This document shows, in pieces, positions 25,644 to 39,372 of a stretch of 64,000 nucleotides of DNA. Below the pieces are notes generated by a model, which searched no databases, was not told where the DNA came from, and saw only the letters and a program-made list of their open reading frames with translations. Numbering within the stretch: position 1 is the first letter of the stretch; every line of letters starts with the position of its first letter. Source of the DNA: Octopus sinensis (lineage: Eukaryota); the NCBI RefSeq assembly GCF_006345805.1, contig NC_043005.1:105400001-105464000 (forward strand). Reading direction: 5' to 3'. The position numbers and the translations under genes are program-made.

Positions 25644-26397
25644 TTTTACTTGTTTCAGTCATTTGACTGCGGTCATGCTGCAGCACCGCTTTTAGTCGAA
25701 CAAATCAACCCCAGGACTTATTCTTTGCAAGCCTAGTACTTAATCTATCGGTCTCTTTTGCAGAATCGCTAAGTTACAGGAACGTAAACACACCAGCATC
25801 GGTTGTCAAGCGATGGTGGGGAAACAAACACAGACACAAATACTCTCACTGCGTGGCACCTTGGGCAAGTGTCATCTACTATAACCTCGAGCTGACTAGA
25901 GCCTTGTGAGTGGATTTGGTAGATGGAAACTGAAAGAAGCCTGTCGTATATATATATATATGTGTGTGTGTGTGTGGTGTGTGTGTGTGTGTGTATGTGT
26001 GTGTGTGTGTCTGTGTGTCTGTGTCTGTGTTTGTCCACCCACCATCGCTTGACAACCGATACTGATGTGTTTACGTTTACGTTACCTAGCGTTTCGGCAA
26101 AAGTGACCGATAGAATAAGTACTAGGCTTACAAAGAATAAGTCCTGGGGTCGATTTGTTCGACTAAAGGTTGTGCTTCAGCATGGCTGCAGTCAAAATGA
26201 CTGAAACAAAGAAAAGAATATATATATATATATACGATGGGCTTCTTTCAGTTTCCGTCTACCAAACCCACTCACAATGCTTTGGTCGGCCTGAAGCTAT
26301 AGTAGAAGACACTTTCCCAAGATGCCACGCAGTGGGACTGAACCCAATACCATGTGGTTGGGAAGCAAGCTTCTTAGCACATCGCCACGCTTACGCC
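25644..26397 (-). mobile_element. Family A SINE (minus) split by an inserted plus-strand copy
   Basis: Minus 3' half at 25644-25840 and minus 5' half at 26232-26397. Confidence 0.8.
25847..26218 (+). mobile_element. 5'-truncated family A SINE
   Basis: Starts at cactgcgtggcaccttgggcaag; lacks the tRNA head. Confidence 0.85.
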
Positions 26398-26824
26398 TAT
26401 GTTTACAAAATTCTTCTATGTAAATGTGTGATAAGAGTTATTCACGCTAACAACCCAAGTTAATAAAACAGTGTTTTAAGCAATCTATATTTATGTCAAA
26501 CGACTCTGTTCGAGTAAGCACGAGCTATCATGGCTATTCAATGTGGACAATTTATGACAATTAGTTCCATCATTTTTGCATTGTCATAATTCCAGGAGCC
26601 AAGTGCCTTGCATTGGACCAGTAACTTTCCTGCAACCAAAAGATACGAATGCAGACAATAACTGAAATAGTTAAACGAAAATATCAACGTATCTTGCCAG
26701 AGTTTTATTATATCTGTCGCTCGAAGTGACATTCCTCAAGAGTAAGGGAAAATGTACTGAAAAGATACACACATACATTCATTTATACATACATACATAC
26801 ATACATACATAAGTATATAGTAAA

Positions 26825-26945
26825 ATAACAATAATAATAATAATAATAATAACAACAACAACAACAATAATAATAATAACAATAATAATAATAATAACAA
26901 CAACAATAATAACAACAACACAACAACAACAACAACAACAACAAC

Positions 26946-26989
<44 letters not shown>

Positions 26990-26991
26990 CA

Positions 26992-27062
<71 letters not shown>

Positions 27063-27070
27063 AAGTAGTA
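26825..27070. repeat. Compound (AAT/AAC)n-(ATT)n-(AGT)n microsatellite
   Basis: Direct inspection. Confidence 0.95.
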
Positions 27071-27473
27071 TACACCAGTCTGTATTTATGTAACCATATT
27101 GCTCCGTTCAGAAAAAAAGTATGTTTCTGTATTGAAGTTTATTGCACACAGAAAAATGGTGGTGAAACTGCCGTTGCATCGTTGCTTGTGATGACAGAAT
27201 AATGATAATGTCATCACAGAAGATGACGCAAACGGTACATGCATAGCACCCTCCACACTCACTTTATGTAATTCCTCTTTTCTCTTTTCTAACCATTAAA
27301 ACATGCAATCTCTCCAATGTGCCACGACTCACTCTCCTTGACTTCTTATGTTAGTGCTGCTGTTATTGCTGCTGGCGTAGATGGTGGCTGTGTTTGCCGT
27401 TGGCACTACCATTATATACATACGTATGTATCTTGTCCCATTTTATATTTCATATATATATATATATATCATA

Positions 27474-28160
27474 TCTATAAAAGACATGATATGTGTGCGT
27501 GTGTGTGCGTGTGTGCGTGATTGTAATTTATGACCGTCCACAAATTAGCACGCATGTCGCTCAAATTTTAGGAGGACATTCGTCAACATCCTCTCTGGGT
27601 TTTGTCAACTTATTTTTTTCCCGAGGCACCCGCGGATAGCGGTAAAATTCTATTTTCAGTCATAGCTTTTAGCCATAAAAATATCAGCCATAGCTTTTTG
27701 ACGGCGTCTAACAAAAAAGAATAAAATAAAGAAAAGTGGAAGAGGGGCGGAGAGTTTCACGGGAATGACAAAGTGAGATAGGGAGAGAGAGAGTAAGTGA
27801 CGACGTTCATAAAAAATAAAATGTAAAATGTTTTGTTTTTTCTTAAACACGAGATATAGTGTTCAAATTCAGGATGTTTTTGAAAGACACTATATTTTAT
27901 AATCATAGTATATATACTTTCTCACACAACAATTACAATATATTTATTTTAAATCATTTATTTATTTTAAATCGTTCATTTTTCTCCCCCTCTCTCACAC
28001 ACATTACTTTGGGTGCGAAAGAGTTTTGTTTTTATTTAAACACCGTGTAAAAAAAGTGTTTTGTTAAGAGTCGATATTACTTAGTTAGGTTTGAAATAAA
28101 GAACTTGATTAGCTTAATAATCGTAACTTAATCCCGGGCAAGGCCGGGTTATACTGCTAG
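27474..28160 (+). mobile_element. Non-autonomous Helitron
   Basis: 3' hairpin CCCGG-GCAAGG-CCGGG (28133-28148), terminal CTAG (28157-28160) followed by T; probable 5' TC at 27474 after A. Confidence 0.7.
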
Positions 28161-28251
28161 TATATATATAATATATATATATATATAGCGGCGTACGTAC
28201 ACTTTGTTTTCTTATATATATATATATATAATATATTATATATGCATCTGT

Positions 28252-28408
28252 CCTGGGTAACGCCATAAACTGCATCCAGTGGCAAGACTCCAGTTGGGAA
28301 GTTCAGGAGCTGTGAGAATGTGGAGTTACTCTTTAGCTGTCATCGTCCCCAGGTCTGCTCTGACCCGGAGTAGTAGTACCTGTTAGGCCCCCATTTATGG
28401 GTTAAATA
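28252..28408 (+). repeat. Unclassified interspersed repeat, copy 1
   Basis: Homologous to 41063-41215 (ctgggta..taaactgcatccagt, tgtgga, ctctgacc-gagt-gtag). Confidence 0.65.
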
Positions 28409-29364
28409 ATTCCTTACTCGAGTGGCACCGGCAAGGTATTATCAGCAATTAAAAAGGAACCACGGAGAGCGTACGTAACAGTACTAGGGTTAGAGCCCCC
28501 AACTACACTGTCAAGGAGTAGCCTGGGTGTTATGACTCGGCTGGTTTAGAGATCTCCGGAATCTTACCCGCCCTCGAATGAAATATATGCATTCAGACAC
28601 GCACGCGCATACTCATATAGGTTGGTAAGTGAGTGTAAATGTGCCTGGTTGTATATGAATACTACGTGTAAGTCTGTGTGTGTGTGTGCGTGTGTGCATG
28701 TCTGTGTATGTGTGTGTGTTTGTTTGCCATCATTCCACAATACAATGTTGATTCAACTGAATTACTTGCTCCCGAATTAACAGGTAAAACGGGCGATATT
28801 TCGGGCAGAATCAGCGTGACGCGGTGTGTGCCAAGGTTTTACCTTTGTGCAATACACCTGGCTTCTCTACAGTTTCACCTACACTCTGGATCGTCCCGAG
28901 ACTCCAGAAAACTTCATCTCCACGCAGTAGTATCAAAACGAAAGCCATGTAGATGTAATACGAACTTCTTGACTATTTGACCGTATTGTGCCTACTACAT
29001 ACCTTCATACAGGCATACATACGCGCGTGCATACACACACATGCACGCACACATGCACGCACACACGAGTGTGTTTGTATGTGTGAATGTGTGTAAAAAT
29101 ATATACCTACATCCATGTATATGTTCGTATGTACATATGCTTACGTAAATGAAGGCCTACACACATCGTTACCTTCCCATGAACGTAATAATTTAGAGAG
29201 AGGGAGAAGGAGAGAAAGAAAGTGAGAGAAAGAAAGCGATAGAGAAAGAGAGAGAGAGAAGGCAGAAGCCAGTAATATCTGCTGAGAGTTTTTTGGACCG
29301 GTAAGGCTTGCACAACCGTCATAGAAGCTCTCCTCTTATTTGGCATGATCCAAGATATTTAGTG

Positions 29365-29500
29365 TCAAGAAAGGTCGCAGTTCTGGGAACGTAAGAACTT
29401 CTTCATCTTCAGCTGGTGAAGTTGATTCGAAGATACCCAAGAAATTTCCCTGCCCACGGAATTTAACCCTACCAACCTCTCAGAGGTATGCTTTGAAGAA
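29365..29500 (+). mobile_element. Relic of LINE AP-endonuclease N-terminus
   Basis: GNVRT (cf. TWNVRT) and, in a shifted frame, LSEV (cf. GLSEV). Confidence 0.4.
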
Positions 29501-29671
29501 AACTAAACCTCGCCCCCCAACGTCTGACAGCGCGACGGACATGAGACCGGAATTGCTCTATTTCCTTCCGATGAAAATGAATATAGAGCTAATGCAAAAA
29601 TATGCACTGGCGCACCCCACTGCCGCTCCCCCGTACAAACAGCAACCGGCAAAACGTTCCCACTTGCCAAT

Positions 29672-29715
<44 letters not shown>

Positions 29716-29829
29716 CGTCTATCTATCTATCTGTTCTATCTGTCTGTCTGTCTGTCTATCGATCGATCTATATATATATATATATATATAATATATATAT
29801 ATAACATACATATACATATATATTATATA

Positions 29830-29870
<41 letters not shown>

Positions 29871-30879
29871 TATATATATATATATATTATAAATGCATAC
29901 ACAAACACACACACACACACACACAACACACATATATATATATATAAACATATATATATTTATTTATATACATACATATTTATGCTATATATATGTATAT
30001 ATATAATATATGTAATATATATATGTGTGTGTCTATATATATATATATTTATATGTAACAAATTAAAAGAGTGGCTTATTAGCAATAAGAACTTAAAAGC
30101 AAAATTAATAGAGATCCCAAACACACACACACACACTCACACACACACACACAAACACACACACAAACACACACACATATGTATACACCGCGGTATTTTT
30201 GAATTCTAGCCTAAGGCTTCCTCTAACTTTTATTAAACTTTAATCCTGTAAAACAAACATTTTTATGAGACAAGATTTTGAAAATGTCACCGCAAATTAT
30301 ATCCAGTTATTGGTTAAAGAAAAATAAATGACATATGCCAACTCTATGCATGGATGCATGTAAATATATATATGTAAATATGTATAAATATGCATTAGTG
30401 TATACGCATACGCTGGCAAATGCACTATGTGTGTGTGTGTTTATGTTTGTGTGTATTCATACACACATGCACACAAATGTAACGTGTGTAATATCTGTGA
30501 TCTTATTGTATATGTGTGTGTGTGTGTCTGTAAACTCAGTGTGTGTGTGTTTAAACCTGTCTGTCTTGGTTCTGATATGACAACAACACCGGCAGACAGT
30601 GCAAGGTCTGTGTCAAACACACAACTATGAACGCACAAACACACACATGCATCGGCACATACACAGCGTAACGCAGGCGCGCATCTGCACACATGTTATA
30701 CGCACACATAAGTGCAGGCACGCAGGCAACCACTATTTCCTCACATTTTCTCTCAGACCTTTCCTAATATCTTCACAAATACATCGAAACATAAGCGTGC
30801 AACCCCACTCATCTCACTCTCCGTTGAGATGGATTCGAGTTCTATGCAAAAATATTACTTCCCAGACAAGAATCTACCC

Positions 30880-30985
30880 TTCCACAGACAGGTAACTCTC
30901 TTCAGAACTGATATAGTGTCTGTATTAAGGAGAAAACTGGACACGTTTACCTTGTACATCATCGTCCTCAATGGATATTATTAAC
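30880..30985 (+). mobile_element. Small RTE-type RT relic
   Basis: DIVSVLRRKLDTFTLYIIVL resembles the DIVAGVLQGDTLAPYLFIIVL region of RTE RTs. Confidence 0.35.
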
Positions 30986-31492
30986 TATCTCCACATTAAC
31001 ATATAGGTATGTTATCATTGTTTGTGTGTATACATGTGTATATGTGTGCAAATATATATATACATACATACATACATATATATATATAGGTATGTATGTA
31101 TATATATATATAATATATATATATATATGTATGTATGTATATATATGTATATATATGTGTATATATATATGTGTGTTTATATGTATATATATATTATATA
31201 TATATATATATATATACACACACAGGTGTTTGTGTGCCAGTACGTATGTATATTATGAGTGTGTCAATCTCTCTCTACCACCCATTCTTTCCCACTGTCT
31301 TTCTGTATTTGTCTTTCTCTCCCCCCCCTCTCTCTCTCTCTCTGTATGTATGTATAATGCATGCCTGTCTGTGAGTTGTATGGATATGTACTATATATAG
31401 ATGTATATGTGCTTATGTATTTATGAATGTATGGATCTATGTATATATATATCCAGAGAGGGAGAGGGAGACAAAGGGATATATATATATTT

Positions 31493-31539
<47 letters not shown>

Positions 31540-31800
31540 TATATAAGTATACAATCTATGTATATATGCATATAAAATATGTAGTAGATTATATATAGAT
31601 ATCATAGATATCTATACATGCACAAATATATATGTATATACATATACAAATGTGTATTCGTATATATGAATGTATTTCTATGTATATACGGATATATAAA
31701 TATGTGGACTGTGTGTGTGTATATTTATATGTATATATGAATATGTATATGTGTATAAATATGTTTGTGTGTGTACATGTCAAAATAATATATATATATA

Positions 31801-32176
31801 GGCGCAGGAGTGGCTCTGTGGTAAGTAGCTTGCTAACCAACCACACGGTTGCGGGTTCAGTCCCACTGCGTGGCATCTTGGGCAAGTGTCTTCTGCTATA
31901 GCCCGGGCCCGACCAATGCCTTGTGAGTGGATTTGGTAGACGGAAACTGAAAGAAGCCTGTCGTATATATGTATATATATATGTATGCGTGTGTTTGTGT
32001 GTCTGTGTTTGTCCCCCTAGCATTGCTTGACAAACGACGCTGGTGTGTTGTTTAGGTCCCCGTCACTTAGCGGTTCGGCAAAAGAGACCGATAGAATAAG
32101 TACTAAAAGGTGGTGCTCCAGCATGGCCGCAGTCAAATGACTGAAACAAGTAAAAGAGTAAAAGAGAAAAGAGTAA
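31801..32176 (+). mobile_element. tRNA-SINE family A with a short 3' internal deletion
   Basis: Starts ggcgcaggagtggctctgtggtaag after (TA)n; lacks the cccggggtcgat segment. Confidence 0.9.
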
Positions 32177-32234
32177 TATATCTACGGGACTGTCACGTTA
32201 TGTTGATTTTATACAACCTCTCTCTCTCTCTCTC

Positions 32235-32268
<34 letters not shown>

Positions 32269-32649
32269 GTAATATATTTATGCCAAACTCTCACCCAATC
32301 ACACTCTCGTTCTCTCTTTCTTCCCCTTTATATATATATGTGTACATACACGCTTACACATACAGCCACAGACATACACGCATATATATTTATATATATA
32401 CATATAAATACACATATGTAAATGTACGTTTGCATGCATATATATATATATATATATATAAACCTTTCCACACGAATATTTATCTACATACAGACATAAA
32501 ACATCTACATATATACGCACATGCCTATAAATATGCATATCTGCAAAGATGGTATACATGTTTGTCTGTGAGAATGCATGTATATAGATATATATATTAT
32601 ATATATATATATTTCTATATATATATATATAATATATTAATATATATAT

Positions 32650-32694
<45 letters not shown>

Positions 32695-33193
32695 GTTAAT
32701 ATACATGCATATACACATATTTACATGCATAACGCATAAACATTATTATTATATATATGTATATGTTTATTATATATATGTATATATATATTCGCACACA
32801 TGCATGTAAACATACACACTCACACACATATTAAGAGGGAGAAAGAGAGAGACAGAGAGGGAGAAAGAGTGAGAGAGAGAAACGTTCCCTCTCATGCCCA
32901 CTTTTCTTATACCAGCATGGGATACAAGATCACATGGTGGTGCTTTGGCTGACGGGTACTTCGTTACTGGTCGCTCCTTGTGCTGCCCTGTTTCTCCCTG
33001 CTACATCGTGTATGTCCCGATGGTCAAGTGTGAGTTGGTATGAGGGAGTGTATATATATATATATATTCGGCATCGACATCGTAAGGGTCCCAAAATACT
33101 TTTGCACATCGTGCATCGTCGATCCCGCGTAACGGCTGCTCCTCTTCTCCGCCTATTTGCCTTCATACATGCCCGCCTGCTTGTCAGTCTGCA

Positions 33194-33225
<32 letters not shown>

Positions 33226-33266
33226 GCTCTATATCTATCTCTCGTGTATGTGTGTGTGATATTATG

Positions 33267-33323
<57 letters not shown>

Positions 33324-33394
33324 ATAAATAAATAAATACACATATACATGAATGTCTCTACCTATATTTCTCTCCCTCTCTGTCTATCTCCCTT

Positions 33395-33430
<36 letters not shown>

Positions 33431-33569
33431 ATATATATATATATACATGTATGTATGTATATATATATATATATATAATTGAGGGTAAAATTAATTAATT
33501 ATTAATCAATTTCACCAAGTATTCAGTATGCAAAGGGACCATTTAAGGCGAATTCAAATTATTACATTA

Positions 33570-33789
33570 TATAAAAGGGCTTAGTAAAATAAATTACTGC
33601 TCAAATAACCTTTGCATTTGATTTTTTAATGTCTTTACCCCCATACTTTCGTGAGTTGAATTGAGCAAACACTATATGAGAGAGGTTTTCTTTAAGTATT
33701 AGAAATAGTTTTAAAAAAGTTTTTTTAGCTACTATTTCTAATGAGTTCAGTATGCGGCAAAGTAATTTATTTTACTAAGCCCTTTTATA
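33570..33789. mobile_element. MITE-like element with perfect 29-bp terminal inverted repeats
   Basis: TATAAAAGGGCTTAGTAAAATAAATTACT (33570-33598) and its reverse complement (33761-33789); nested 11-bp IR attagaaatag / ctatttctaat. Confidence 0.7.
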
Positions 33790-33949
33790 ATAATATATAA
33801 TTATATATATATATAATATATATCCATGTATGTATGTTTGTGATTATATATGTATATATATATACACATATATACATATATATATAACATATATATATGT
33901 ATGTATATACAGATATGTGTATATATGTATATATGTATATGTGTGTGTG

Positions 33950-33988
<39 letters not shown>

Positions 33989-34106
33989 ATGTTCAATCGG
34001 CAAACCTCACAGTGACTCATTGATCCATAGCTTCGCGCATGATATTTATTGAAGTTCGACGAGTGCAGTGAACGAAATCATCTTCTGTCTTCAGCCGATT
34101 AAAAAG

Positions 34107-34224
34107 TAACAATAATAATAATAACAATAATAATAATAATAATAATAATGATAATAATAATAATAATAATAATAGTAATAATAATAATAATAATAATAGT
34201 AATAATAATAATAATAATAATAAC

Positions 34225-34306
<82 letters not shown>

Positions 34307-34352
34307 GTAATAATAATAATAACAATAATAACAATAATAATAATAATAGTAA

Positions 34353-34428
<76 letters not shown>

Positions 34429-34675
34429 TAATAAAATAATAAATAGATAATAATAATAATAACAATAATAATAATAATAATAATAATAATAGTAATAATA
34501 TATAATAATAATAATAATAACAATATAATAATAATAATAATAATAATAGTAATAATAATAATAATAACAATAAATAATAATATAATAATAATAGTTATAA
34601 TAATAACAATAACAATAAGAATAATAATAATAATAATAATAAAAATAACAACAACAACAACCACACAACAATAAT

Positions 34676-34708
<33 letters not shown>

Positions 34709-34726
34709 TAAAACAATAAAATAATA

Positions 34727-34766
<40 letters not shown>

Positions 34767-34916
34767 TAAAACAATAACAATAATAACAATAATAACAATA
34801 ACAATAATAACAATAATAATAATAATAATAATAATAACAATAATAATAATAATAATAATAAAAATAATAACAATAACAATAATAACAATAATAATAATGA
34901 TAATAATAACAACAAC

Positions 34917-34965
<49 letters not shown>

Positions 34966-35023
34966 CAACAACAACAACAACAACAACAACAGCAACAACA
35001 ACAACAACAACAACAATAATAAT

Positions 35024-35069
<46 letters not shown>
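34107..35069. repeat. About 1 kb (AAT/AAC)n microsatellite
   Basis: Direct inspection; source of the poly-L/Y/I ORFs. Confidence 0.97.
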
Positions 35070-35769
35070 TTTGTTTGTCTGTGTGTGTGTGTAGTGGCCA
35101 TATCTGGAGCAATGGATATTCTTCTATATAGATCATGATAGTTTTGTTGAATAAAACAATATCAATGGAAGTCAGCAACAATATTCCAAAGATAGAAGTA
35201 AAAAAGTCGTGAAAAGAATTTGTAAGAAAATTAAGATTTTAAATTTTATTTATTAAGTACTAAAAGGACCTGCTGGATTATTCTGCATAACATGTATGTA
35301 TGTATGTATGTATGTATGTATGTATGTATGTATGTATGTATGTATGTATGTATGTATGTATGTATGTATGCAGGCATGTGTGTGTGTGTGTGTGTGTAAT
35401 CTTTCACTAACCGCCCTTGAGTTGTATTCTAAGGTGATACAAGGTTAGATCGAACCCAAATTCTTATATTTGCAAAGCGAACTTCTTCATCGCTCGGCCC
35501 CGATTTCATCACTTTTACCGTTGATAACATACAAATAAAATTATTTTGTTAGCCTCGTCTTTCCCGGACTGAGTTTACTCCCTAATTCTGCACACATCAG
35601 TGGTGTCCCCCGTTATTTAATAACGGTTATTGTATACATCTTGTGTTTAGGAATTAGGGAAGCCCCCCCCTGCACCTCACCACCAACACCACCCAATGCA
35701 CCTTACAGCAACGCTCCAGCTCGGACTTGACTGAGATAGTTAAAACAAATTCTACGACTAGCAAGAAAC

Positions 35770-36250
35770 ATATCATCACCACCGCGACCACAACAACAAC
35801 CACTACCACCACCACCACCACCACCACCACCACCACCACCACCACCACCACCACCTCTACTACTACTACTACTACAATCACCACCACAGCAACAACAATC
35901 ACCACTCTCCCATCACCGCCACCACTATCATCATCATCACCGTCACCACCGCCGCAGCCGCCGCCCCCATCACCACCATCACCATCATCACTCCTATGAC
36001 CATCACTGTCACTCCACTGCCACTGTCACTTTCAACACCACTTCTCCCCACCACAATGACCACCACCACGTATTTTACCGTCATTACCGCCACCACGTAC
36101 CTTATTATTACCGACGCTATTTTATCATCCCCTCTGCGACCACCACTGCCGCTGCCGCTGCCGCTACATTCCTTGGTGTCATCATCAGCTGATCACAAAC
36201 ACCTCCATCACGTACTTTGCCATCATCTCCACCACTCTCATCATCAGCAA
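35770..36250. repeat. Degenerate (ACC/ATC/GCC)n triplet region
   Basis: Direct inspection. Confidence 0.85.
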
Positions 36251-37343
36251 ATTGCCACCCGTCTAAGACCCTCCAGCCCACGTTTTCCGTTCACTGTTCA
36301 AACAAGACTCAGTGGCATTCGACGTGATGTGGCCATAATGAAAGCAGCCATGAAGCCTGCTAGAAACAGCCGCCAAATCCTCTCATATCACATCTACTGT
36401 CCTAAAGAAAGGAAAGACATATTAGATAATGTAAATCCAAGATAGACAAAATCACCAGATGTGCCACTTGACCTGCAAGATATAAAACGCCACACTCTTC
36501 TGCCTTAATAAAAACAAATATGTGACAGATACAATATAGCTTTATATAACCGCTAACAAAAGAAAAGAAAAAAGTAGGGGTGGGCATGATGGACTCGGTT
36601 TAAATAGTTTTGATCATCCTACTTGATCGAGTTTGTTTGGGGCTAAACACTAACAACTATATATCACCACCACCACTGCCACCAGTAACTCTCCCACCCC
36701 GATTATTATTATGTCACCTTTGATCCCATTCTCTATTTTCTACGTATGACAACCACTTTACCTCCACCCACTCTCAGCCGTCATGTTTCATAACATTACC
36801 ACAATCACATCCACCTTCACACAATGACCACTAGTAATAACGATGATGATGTTGAAGATTTTTATTAGCCACGGGGGTACGGATGAGAGAGAATCAGAAG
36901 GACAGTCAATAGTTTCTGTGGGGATTTGCATAAAAGATGAAGAGAAAGAAATGGAAAAGACGGTGAAGTACGTTAAAAGTACGCATAGTATACAAAGTAC
37001 GGGATAATCTGAGTAATGCAGTCCTCCTGATGCAGGAGAAACTCCAACCAGGGCCAATCTAGGAACCTTCTAGATCCAAGATTACCTCGACCACAAAAGG
37101 CACGAGCCCTCTGCTAGCTCTCCAATCTAGAAATGCATACTTAGAGTAGGGCCATTCACCCAAGCCATTTTCCCCACAATTACCTATCTTATTACAAATT
37201 CACTGGGAAGTAACACTTCCCTCTTTCCATTCCATATGGAACTTATGGAAGTCGATGAAGGCTTGACTGAAAAAGGAAGGTGTCTTCCCTCAATACATTT
37301 AACCTCGTCCACCACACAACCTCTTTCGCCATAGCCACGAGAC

Positions 37344-37587
37344 CAGTGGTTCTCAACCGGGGTCCATATAGCACTTGGGGCTCCATACAAGATTTTATTA
37401 TTAAAATATACGTGCATTAAGTTAGTTATACTTCTACAATACACAAAAATATTTTAATAATTTCTTATACAATTCTTAATTATAAACGCAAATTAGGGTT
37501 TTTAAATCATCGTCTGGCTATGGGGATCCACCCGCGTGAAAGAGGAATCAAAGGGGCCCCTTCGGCAAAATTGCTCGAGAACCACTG
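37344..37587. mobile_element. hAT-type MITE, 244 bp
   Basis: TIRs CAGTGGTTCTC / GAGAACCACTG; 8-bp TSD cacgagac (37336-37343) / cactagac (37588-37595). Confidence 0.9.
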
Positions 37588-38112
37588 CACTAGACAGAGG
37601 AACTCTCGAGGGATTCGGTCAGTAATCGGCTTCGTCCCACACGCAATAACAGTTGCTCGACATAACTCCACAAGTCAGCATTACCCAGATATTACTGCAT
37701 ACAGAACGGTTTCGCCGGGCCGCGCATATCTTGTAATCCTCATCAGTAAACGTTCAGATAACAGCATTAAGAATGGTACAGGATTACATAAAGAAGCGTA
37801 TAAAAAGTAGAAAAACAATTGCAGTATAAATTCTAATGAATTATCCCCGCAAAAGACAGAGATTTCCTATGGCTGCTTGTAGAACCCCCCCCCCCCAAAA
37901 AAAAAAAACCCCACTGTCGTCCTGACCATTAGAGCTACCTCCTCATCGTCTTCTTTCGATCTGCTGACACATGCTTAGAGTAGGCCCATTCTCGCCACAT
38001 TCACCCATCTTTCAACAAAATTGTCGAGAGGTAGTATTCCTTCTTCACCTTCACGCTTCACTTCAAGTGAAACTTGACAAAAGTGATGAGGACTTGGCCT
38101 TCTTTATACAGT

Positions 38113-38296
38113 AGGCACAAAAACTAAAATTGTTTAGTGGGGAGGGAACTCGTCGATTACATCGATCCTATTTTATCGATGCCGAAATATGATGAAAGGC
38201 AAAGTGGACTTTCTGTGGAATTTGAACTCATAACGCAAAACCGGAAGAAATGCTGCTTTACATTTGTCCAGCGTGCTAACGATTCTGCCAGCTCAT
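38113..38296 (-). mobile_element. Old family B-related SINE
   Basis: Antisense of the head (gtgctaacgattctgccagctc) and of the core (tgaaaggcaaagtggac). Confidence 0.7.
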
Positions 38297-38343
38297 CTAA
38301 TTAGAATTCTTTCAAATATAGGCACGAGGCTGGAAGCTTTGCA

Positions 38344-38574
38344 GTGAGCTGGCAGAAACGTTAGCACGCCGGGCGAAATGCTTAGCGGTATTTCGTCTGC
38401 GTTACGTTCTGAGTTCAAATTCCACCGAGGTCGACTTTGCCTTTCATCCTTTCGGGGTCGATAAATTAAGTACCAGTTACGCACTGGGGTCGATATAATC
38501 GACTTAATACCTATGTCTGTCCTTGTTTGTCCCCTCTGTGTTTAGCCCCTTGAGGGTAATAAAGAAATAGGTAT
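38344..38574 (+). mobile_element. Young tRNA-SINE family B
   Basis: A-box-like TGGCAGAAACG, B box GAGTTCAAATTCC, core gcctttcatcctttcggggtcgataaattaagtacc; near-identical to 43602-43835. Confidence 0.9.
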
Positions 38575-38586
38575 GGGGCTTGACTC

Positions 38587-38730
38587 CTGTGCTTCACTGG
38601 CACTTATTTTAATCGACCCGTAAAGTATGAAAGGCTAAGTCAGCCTTGACGAAATTTGAACTGAAAACAGAAAAGCTAGAAGAAAGGCTGTTAAGCATTT
38701 TGTTCGCTGCACTGACAATTCTGCCACTCC
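38587..38730 (-). mobile_element. Old family B-related SINE
   Basis: cttattttaatcgacc...tgaaaggctaagtc...aatttgaact is antisense to the core. Confidence 0.65.
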
Positions 38731-39049
38731 CACCACCACAAATGGTATCACAAGAAAGGAAGGGAGAGAGAACGTTTTGAGCAGTCGTGAGTAAACCGAG
38801 GCCGGCGGGGCTATATATATGTGTGTGTGTGTGTATGTGTATGTGTGTGTGTATATATATATACATGTGTATGTATGTGTGGGTGCGTGTATGTTTGTGT
38901 GTGTGTATATATATAACAGGCAGAAAGTGGGAAAAAAGATAATATAGCAGACCAGCAATGACAGAATGGCTAAACGAAGGGGAACGAAACTATGAAAAAC
39001 TTTGGCGGACAGAGAGGTAGATAGATATACACATAAACATGTGTATGTA

Positions 39050-39372
39050 TGGCCCCCGTAACTTAGCGGTTCGGCAAAAGAGATCGGTACAATAGGTACC
39101 AGCTTTACACAAACAATAATAAGTACTGGGTTCGATTTGTTCTACCAAAAACTTTTCAAGGCGGTACCCCAGCATAACCACAGTCTAATGACTGTAATAA
39201 GTAAAAGATTAAAAAAATAAAGGATGTGTGTGTGTGTGTGTGCTTGCCCCCACCCATACGACTTGACCACCGGCATTGGTTTGTTTACTTTCCCGTAATT
39301 AAGCTGTTCGGCTAAATAGAATAATTACCAGACTTAAAAGATTATAAGTACTGGAGGCGATTTGTAAATCAA
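39050..39372 (+). mobile_element. Two decayed family A 3' fragments
   Basis: gtaacttagcggttcggcaaaagag and aagtactgg segments, each present twice. Confidence 0.65.

Noticed and set aside
28770-28960. Possible RT fragment (GVCQG)
   Set aside because: A single short motif without supporting YADD or other motifs.
29413-29485. Good-looking plus exon (cttcag / gtatgc) within an open frame of about 105 codons
   Set aside because: It overlaps NVRT and LSEV-like LINE endonuclease motifs, so a retroelement relic is more likely.
34017-35101. Long ORFs of 237 and 305 aa
   Set aside because: Pure (AAT)n translations.
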